From: Geosiphon pyriformis uo1
Lineage: Eukaryota; Fungi; Glomeromycota
Assembly: GCA_016748015.1 (NCBI GenBank)
Contig: JAAOMT010000690.1
Coordinates: 1 to 64,000, forward strand
Direction: 5' to 3'
Length of the DNA: 64,000 nucleotides
Shown: piece after piece, positions 56,001 to 64,000 of the stretch
Numbering within the stretch: the stretch's first letter is position 1
Layout of the letters: the number at the start of each line of letters is the position of its first letter
The notes under the pieces: model-generated
The model's database searches: none
What the model was told of the DNA's origin: nothing
Seen by the model: the letters and a program-made list of their open reading frames with translations, nothing else
Translations under genes and position numbers: made by a program

Positions 56001-59000
56001 GTTTGTTTTTGTTATTTGACATGTTATTATGTTTACTAGAATTTCGCTCCCGGGAATTTTTCCATTGTAAATGCCGAATAGTCTCTTGGCTTTATATGTG
56101 TCTGTAGGTGAGACACAGACAGCCGCCTCTGTTTATGTAGGGTTTGTAGACATGATAGCATGGTCGTAGTACAGACTGAGCTGGACTCAAAACTTTGAAC
56201 AATTGGTAAGACTTAAAGAAAATGAGAGAAATGTTTTTTTTGGTATATTTTCAGAGAAATGAATTGGAGGATGAGTAATATATTTTGTCAAAGTAGAAAA
56301 TATTTACAAGATAGTTTCATGGCATTGAAAGCTTATTTTGAAATATAATCCGACTTTTTATTACGAGTCTTTGCATTTCATTATTACTCCGACTTGATTA
56401 CATCACGTCAGATTGATGTTGATCTGATTATGTTTGCTTAATATATAAACTTAAAAATAATTTTCCCTCTCTTATTAACGATTGATTATTTTATTGTAAT
56501 ACGTATTATCATAAAATAAAATTATACAAATCGTAATGGACTAATCTATTTAAAGAATTGAATTTACAGCGGTTGATAAAATCTCTCCCAAACGACTGAA
56601 GGTCATTTACAATATAACCTTTATTCAGATATGCTATTCACAGACGTTTTCTCCACTTTTTTGACTATGGGCTTATCCACTAATTTTAAGGATCTGGCCA
56701 TTGCTCAATGGTTCGCCATTCGTTTCAGCATGATATCATTCAATATCCGACTAGTGTAAATAGATTGTGGATGATGTGGTGTCAAACACACAAACATTTA
56801 ATTTTAATCTTTGACTTTTTTACAAACAATCATAAAAATTATACGGTTCTAACCAATAAAGGTAGTAGATGATGAAAAATGAAAAAATTTGAGAGTTTAC
56901 CACAACTTGGGAAAGCTCAGCTTCACCGAGTGGGGGGCTTGTTAAGAATAATTTACTTGATCTACGAGCAAACAAACGATCTTTCCGGGCTGCACAGGCC
57001 GCTGATGAAGTTTGTATGAAAGAATCAGGATTGATGTGGTGGCATTGACGTGCTATCTACTGTAGCAAGCCAGTCTTTACTGATTGATTCACCGTTTGAC
57101 ACAAAATGACATATCAAAGCCTGAGAGCGGATTACTTACAAGTTGTCAGACAAAAATTGTAATACAGTAAAACTCATACTATAGTGTACAATCAGCACCA
57201 GGATTCGTGGAATATTAGAAGTGCACAGGCAACACAAGAAATACTAAAATTTTCTGAAATCCATGGTAAGCAGGTCTGACAAAAATCCCCGCCCGATTTT
57301 CATCGCCACCAATCCCTAGGAAGCTACTAAAAAACCAGTTGAAACAAGAACACGTTTCGTGGTATGAATGTCCATGGGGATTAAGTTTACACTAAAAATT
57401 CTAGTATTATTATTACACACATTATATTAAGTATTTCGGGAAGATGGATTTATCGGAAAATCGTAAAGCATCCGAAGATAAAATTGGGAAATAATAGAAG
57501 TAAAGGTTTCTATGTTTACAGCTTTTAGTGCCAAGAGTTTGCATTTAACTGCAACAATTAAATTGATTTCTCTTTCCCTCTCTTTTTCAAACTCACCCCG
57601 GACGAAAAACGGGAGCCAGAATAGGAAAATTTTATGATTTATATCCTTTTGCATATTTTAGCCCCAAGTACTTGCTATTAGTATTACTAAATATTAATAT
57701 GACCATTACTATTTTTTAATTTACTCACATTAGATTTATCATAATCATCATCTCACAAGAACCCCTGAACAGCTTTTTTAGCCTTACCCACTAACAACGC
57801 CAAAACCTTGTTCACAGAAAGTTACAGCTGATTGATTATGGCGATAAATTTCAAATAATTCCTCGGGGGGTGGGGGGAAAGCATCATGAGAAAGCGTCAT
57901 GGGAAAGCATCATGAAAGCAGCAGCTAGCAGCAGTTTTTTCATGAAATTCGACGCCAACATTCCTAAGACTATTATGAGAATTAAAAATTCCCACATGTT
58001 GAAATTTGGTGAACTTCTTCATTCCGCATTCTCAATACCACTTTCTAGAAACCCGCCGGTTCAAGGATTTTGATTATGGGAAAATTGAATCATGCATATA
58101 TCGGATGCAGTAACAAGCAAGTTATTTAAGATCTTTACAAGTTTTTAACGGGTGTTTCCAAATTGGATTGGGAAAAACGTGGGAGCTCTGATGTTGCCTA
58201 AATGAGTGCTGCCCGGTTTAAAAATTAGAAGGGTATTTAATTTTCGATATCATGGGGATAATTTCAAATTCGAAGATTTGTGAACTGGGAGGGCAAAAAG
58301 AAGCAGAAATTTTTTTTTCTAAAGATGCAAGGATCAAGATAACGACGACAAAGAAACAAAAGAAAATGAGGAAATTTGGCGCTGTTTTTTTTTGAAATGA
58401 GGTAAGAATTATAAATCTTCTTGCCTGATTTTATATAAGGGTACAATTTTGAGGGATTATCAATTTTTCGAAGTTTTTAGTCTTTTATCCCAAAGACACA
58501 TTTTTTTCAAGGGATTTTTTTTGTGACATTAAAATGTTATATTTTTCTACTAGTGTCATGAATTTAATAATAATAATAATAATAATGACAAAGCAAGTCA
58601 CCAATATTAAATCACAGCAGAAAAGTAAAAATTCTCACACACTTCAATAACAAAACTTTTACTCTATTCATTGTTCTGTCAAGAACATGGTGATAACGAC
58701 CTATATGAATAATAATATCGGACTCTTGCGTATAGTCTTCCCTGAGTCCCAATGGGTCGATTGTCACTTCCAGGGGCGTTATTAAATTCTTTGTTTACGT
58801 GAACGTGAAGGTTTATATAATAAGCATAAAAATTAAACATGGATCCTCAAAGTTTACCCACGATCTTAGATATTCGAAAAACAAATAATCGGTGGTTTGA
58901 CAGTATGTTTGTTTGATACAAAAAAAAAAAATAGACAGCGAAAGAAAATTTATTAATCATGTAAAATAGAATTGACAATTGTATTGATTACTAGAACTGG

Positions 59001-60322
59001 GAATAATATGAAATTTTTTAAACGGTCAGCTGTGAAATAACATTAAACCGTTCTAGAAACAAATATAATTCCCATTTAATCTATTAATAGGTTGAAATAA
59101 TAATTCCACGAAAAAATTCTTTTTTATTTTTCAATTAAACATAAAATTAGAGTTTTTTGTAAAATAAACAGTTTATACGCCGATTTTTAATCTCAAGAAT
59201 TCTAGGATTAGACGTTTGGTTGAACCTTTCTTTAATAAAGTTCCAGTTTCAGAATGAGTTAAATTTTCATTCATGTATCTCATATATATTGTCTTCTAAC
59301 TCTTGAAGGAACTCCTGAATGGTGAGATTTGGAAAAGGGGATAACTTTCATATTGATGCGGACGTTTTTTGTGCTACACGAGTTGGGTAGTTGAAATTTA
59401 TTTAAGATTCGGTAATTCAAATGTTCTGTAGTCATTAATTAACTTGAAATCTATCATCTTTTATAAATGTTTCTATAGAACCTTACCATCATTGGGAACG
59501 TATGAATTTAGAGAATAAAAACTATATCCTTTAGGTTTACCATTATGTTCACAATACGACCAACTTTAAACCATTTTTCGAAAAAACCTCCATAACCTAC
59601 CTCTTTATTTGTTTTCTGTTTTTTTTTTTCAATTTTTCCATATTATTTTTGTTCCAATATTTACCATTTCACAAACATTTAATAAAACCAACACCATTAT
59701 TTGGGATCGCTGTTGTTTGATTTAGTAGGATCAAAGATTACAAGTTAAGATCGTTTTTTTACCCAAGTTTCTTGTTTACACACGCAGTGTTTGGTGACAA
59801 AATATTACGATTTATCATACATAAATATTTAATTTAAGCAGTGGTAGTCGAACTGTTACATCAAGTGATCGCATCATGTATTTTATTCGTAAGTGATGCA
59901 AAAATGTAATTCAAAGCATGTCAACGAAAAAAGTCAAATGTTAATATTCTTTGACAAAGAGAATTAATAAAATCATTATACGAATCTACAAGATTCACGT
60001 TTTAGACTACCCTGTTTCAATTAAGACTGAAATTGAGTCATCAATTTAAAGAGATTTTCTAGGCTTAGATCATTAGTCTAAATATTAATTATGATTTATC
60101 ATGACAAATCATAATTTCAAGTGTTTAAACACTTTAATGTTAGGATAAAAAAATGGAGTCTCAATATTTTTTATGCAAAGTTCAAAAAAAAGATTTTTTT
60201 AATTTAATAATTTGATAATATAATATATATATATATATGAATTTTTTTTAATAATTCTTTTTTATTATTTGATTTTAGTTTAAAATACATATTAATATAA
60301 ACAATATGATTTTTGATTAAGA

Positions 60323-60460
<138 letters not shown>

Positions 60461-62935
60461 AATAGTTGGTGGTTGGAGCTACGCTCTTATGCGCATAATA
60501 ATAAAAATTATATTAAAAGATAATTTAATTTAAAAATTAAACCCGTTTAACTTATTTAATATTACTAAATTTAATTAATCCAAAGATTAAATAACAATTA
60601 TTTACTTAACTAAATTTTTAATACTACTTTTATTAAAATAAATATATATTATATTCATGTTTGCTATTTTATGTTTTATATTTTTTTGCTAAATTATTTT
60701 AAAAATTTAAATAATTATTAAATTAACAAGTTATTAATTTTAAATAATTAAAATTTTAAAATGTATATTATATATAAATTTTATATAAAGTATTTTATAA
60801 CAAAATAATTAAATTTTAATATTTTTAAATATTTTATTAAGATATTAATAATTAAGTCAAAATTTTATCTAATTTAAAAACGTCTTTTTACAATATTTTT
60901 TGGTTAAGAATTATTAATGATTTTTACATTATATAATATAATAATAATAATATATAATCTCTTTGAACGCTTTCATAAATTTATTGTATAAATATTGTTA
61001 TTAATTTTCTTTTGATAAATTATAAAATAAAAAACTTGGTCGTTATTTTTTATCAAAATTTATTAAATTTAATATATAATAATTATTTTTTTTATCAAAA
61101 TTTATTTGATTTGATTTATTATATATTTTATTATGATTTGTTTTTTTAACATGATAATTAGATGTGAAATTTTGCAAACTTAATTTTAGAAACTGGACTA
61201 ATTTTCTTGCATAATATCATAAAAAAAAATTTTTAATAAGATAAAACAAATATGAAACATTATATTATTTATTTTCATCTTTTTTTGAATTGACCAAATT
61301 TTCGATCATTCTAAACTTTATTAATTGAGATAATAATAATATAATAAACATGTTGATAAATATTTTAAAATTGATTTATAGATTTATTTATTTAACTAAT
61401 GATACATAAAAAAAAACTTTACATGTTTTAGGAGTAGCTCACGCGTTTTCTTATTAATTATAATAATAATTATAATTTTAAAATTTATTTTGAATATATC
61501 AAACTTATTATATTAATAAATTTAAAAATTATGAATAAAATAAAATAAAAAATGAAAAATAATAATAAGTATCAAATTATTAAGCTTATTTTCATTGTTA
61601 ATTTTTAATATATAATATATAATTAAATTTGCTATATATCTTGTATATCTGTTAAAACAACAGAATAAATTTTATAAATTTTATAAATTATGTAATTTAA
61701 TTATTTATAAATTATTATATATATACATATATTTAAAAAGAATTAAAGGTTTTAAATAAATAAATAAATAAATAACTATTCAACTTAATTTAATAACTTC
61801 AACCAAATTAAAAAAAACCATTAATTATTCAAATTTTAAAAAAATTTAAAACGTCAAAAGTAAATTCTTAAAAAACATTTCAATTTCAAAAACACAATAA
61901 TTTAATAATAGATTCAAATATAAACAAACATAATTTTAAAGTTTGAAATATTGTAAGCTAAGAAAAAATAAATTTTAAAATTATATATTAAACGTTATTA
62001 AAAGTTATTTATTTATATTTCAATTAATTAAATTTATAATTATTTAAAAAAAAATTGAATTGATTATTATGAAATAAATCTTTATAAAACTTATTTAATT
62101 ATTGCAAAAAAGAGTGTAATAAGTTTTTAAAAAAGCAAAACATTCTTACACAATAATAAAATTTTTAAAAAAAAATTACACATTTTAATATAACCAATTT
62201 TCATTAATTTGAGTTATTTAATACTTAACTTGATTTTTTTACATTTAAAATATCCACAATTTTAAGTTGAACGGATTAAAAATAAATTACCAATTACTAG
62301 GCTTTAATTACAAAAATTAATAGCTATTCATTTCAAAGAAGAATATAGAAATGATTTAAATGATGTAAAAAATGTTTGTAAGCTTTAACATTCTATTTTG
62401 ATAAAGTTGGATTGTATGCAAAAAATGTGTAGAAAATTTACGTAGTGGAGCAATTTAGGGTTAGAACTAAGCAATAATGAATAAATAAATTTAAAGATGT
62501 ATTTTTTCTTAATGATCATTATGTTCTAAATAGCGTGGGAGGTAGTATGCCCTTATTCAATGAAATAAGAACACCTGATGCGAAAATTTGAATTTATCCA
62601 ATAACATAATAAATTACAACAAGCAACAAAAAATTTAAAAATCAACCAATCAATATTCCCAAAGGGATAGCGGCGGGAAAAGAAAATTTTATTTTTCAAA
62701 TTAACAAGAAACTTATAATATTAGCCAATTACCGAATTTGCCAACCCATGGTTTTTAAACTGATATTTGTGGCGCTACATAATTTCCTAGAAATGCGCCA
62801 CCTCGGAGTAAATTTAAAAAGATGCCCATACATATAAAAAAATCTTTGCTTTTTATTTAACTGTTAACCAGTTTTGCTCGGTGTAGAAACCATAAGCTAC
62901 TCTTTTCTAGGACTCTTTCCCTTTCTTCAATTAGA

Positions 62936-63345
62936 ATGACAGGCTACGTTATTGCCGGGAGGCATATTCCAACACAATATGTAGGCTAAATTTTATTTTT
63001 CTTAGTTTTGCAGCGAGTTATAATTTTATTGGGAAATGGGTTTTATTCGTAACCTAAAACAAACTGAAGCTCCGATAGGATAGGAATATCCTCACCCGAT
63101 GACTTTATGCACTTCCCACCTGAACTGTATAGTCAATTCTTTTATTACACCTTTAGCTGACTCTCGCCACTTGGGGTACAATTGGTTTGGGAGTTTACGC
63201 TTTTAGCCGACGCGCAAAAGCCAACGCCCCAGACCCTCTCACCTCTTCACCGCCCATCAACGCCTCCTCGCCTGAGGAGGAAGACTTCATAAAAGAGTTC
63301 ATAAAAAATGCTGAAGCAGAAGACAAAAAAGCAAGCGGACATTAA
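62936..63345 (+). CDS. ATP19: Mitochondrial ATP synthase subunit k; exons 62936-62980 and 63157-63345; 77 aa
   Basis: Spliced product MTGYVIAGRHIPTQY|LTLATWGTIGLGVYAFSRRAKANAPDPLTSSPPINASSPEEEDFIKEFIKNAEAEDKKASGH*; Y.IAGR, one TM helix and PPINASS.EE.FIK.F are typical of fungal subunit k; GTAGGC..TTTAG intron. Confidence 0.88.
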
Positions 63346-63560
63346 GGACATAAAAGATATAAAATTCAGGTGATTTAACTATTGAATTTTATCAAAGAAT
63401 TCAAGAAATTTGACCCAATTAATAGATATTTCTTCTCCATCTTTCTTAAATATTAATCAGCCCTGGCTTACTATTCAAATATCACAATATCTGAAATAAT
63501 TTTCTTGCTTTTGGTGAAAAAATTTTAAGCACGATTCAAAGGAATAGAGGAACTTTGAAG

Positions 63561-63983
63561 TTATCCCTTTCCCATACGGTTACCTGAGATATGAAGATAA
63601 TAGCCCAATTTTAATATTATACAAACTTTGAATACTCAAACTTTACTGAGACAGCTTACCCCAACCACGTGGATTTGTATCCTTGAAATCATCTAGCCTA
63701 CGTGCTTTGTACGTTTCTGCATCAATCGCAGCTTCATCGTTGTCATCAACTACTTTGCTTTCAGGCATTTTCCTAAGAAAAAACGTGAATGAAATAAAGT
63801 TTAGATGATTTCCAAAAACGTTAACCAATTTACCACTTACCCCCCTTCTTTTATTATATTGCCCCTTTGCTCTTCTTGCTGGAGATACTCGTCAATTGTC
63901 ATTGTGGGTAAACGCCAACCCGGTCGAAATACTTGTTGCCGTATGGTTTCTCGTTGGTTGGTAATTGTAAACGGTCTCAATGG
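63561..63983 (-). CDS. TAP42: TAP42/IGBP1(alpha4) PP2A-associated protein, last three exons (63983-63841, 63772-63660, 63583-63561); 5' part outside window
   Basis: PLRPFTITNQRETIRQQVFRPGWRLPTMTIDEYLQQE...KARRLDDFKDTNPRGWGNRMGKG*; two GTAAG..AG introns (68 and 76 nt) keep frame. Confidence 0.93.
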
Positions 63984-64000
63984 CTGGATCACAAAAAAAT

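Noticed and set aside
54800-59900. Moderate-GC, CpG-containing stretch as a hidden gene or ncRNA
   Set aside because: Trial translations gave nothing recognisable and I saw no tRNA/rRNA/snRNA signature; cannot be fully excluded without RNA data
60477-60487. GAGCTACGCTC mini-hairpin as a Helitron-type end
   Set aside because: No CTRR terminus, partner end or second copy in the window
62454-62465. TTTAGGGTTAG telomere-like sequence
   Set aside because: Under two units; expected by chance

Overview
AT-rich eukaryotic (fungal) genomic DNA with spliceosomal introns and six assembly gaps. The TE proteins and gene style suggest Glomeromycotina, resembling Geosiphon pyriformis (from memory, not a database result). 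1-17239: nested cluster of decayed Ty3/Gypsy LTR retrotransposons: element A (minus) inserted in element B (plus), element C (minus) inserted in B's 3' LTR, and a TSD-less solo LTR. The family is unusual: an elongator-tRNA-Met-like PBS, a Cys-rich insert, a dUTPase plus a dUTPase-like domain between protease and RT, and a conserved extra ORF (ORF3) between integrase and the PPT. The inverted B and C integrase regions share stop codons, suggesting gene conversion. 17273-~18800: relic of an RNase H-bearing LINE that fades into a hyper-AT tract to ~21300. All TE DNA is CpG-depleted and riddled with C>T/G>A changes. ~21400-51300: ~30 kb with no recognisable gene, rich in microsatellites, upstream of a two-exon FoxJ2/3-like forkhead gene (51317-53028). 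At the right end, a two-exon ATP19 (ATP synthase subunit k) gene absent from the ORF track converges on the last three exons of TAP42. No rRNA, tRNA or CRISPR was recognised.
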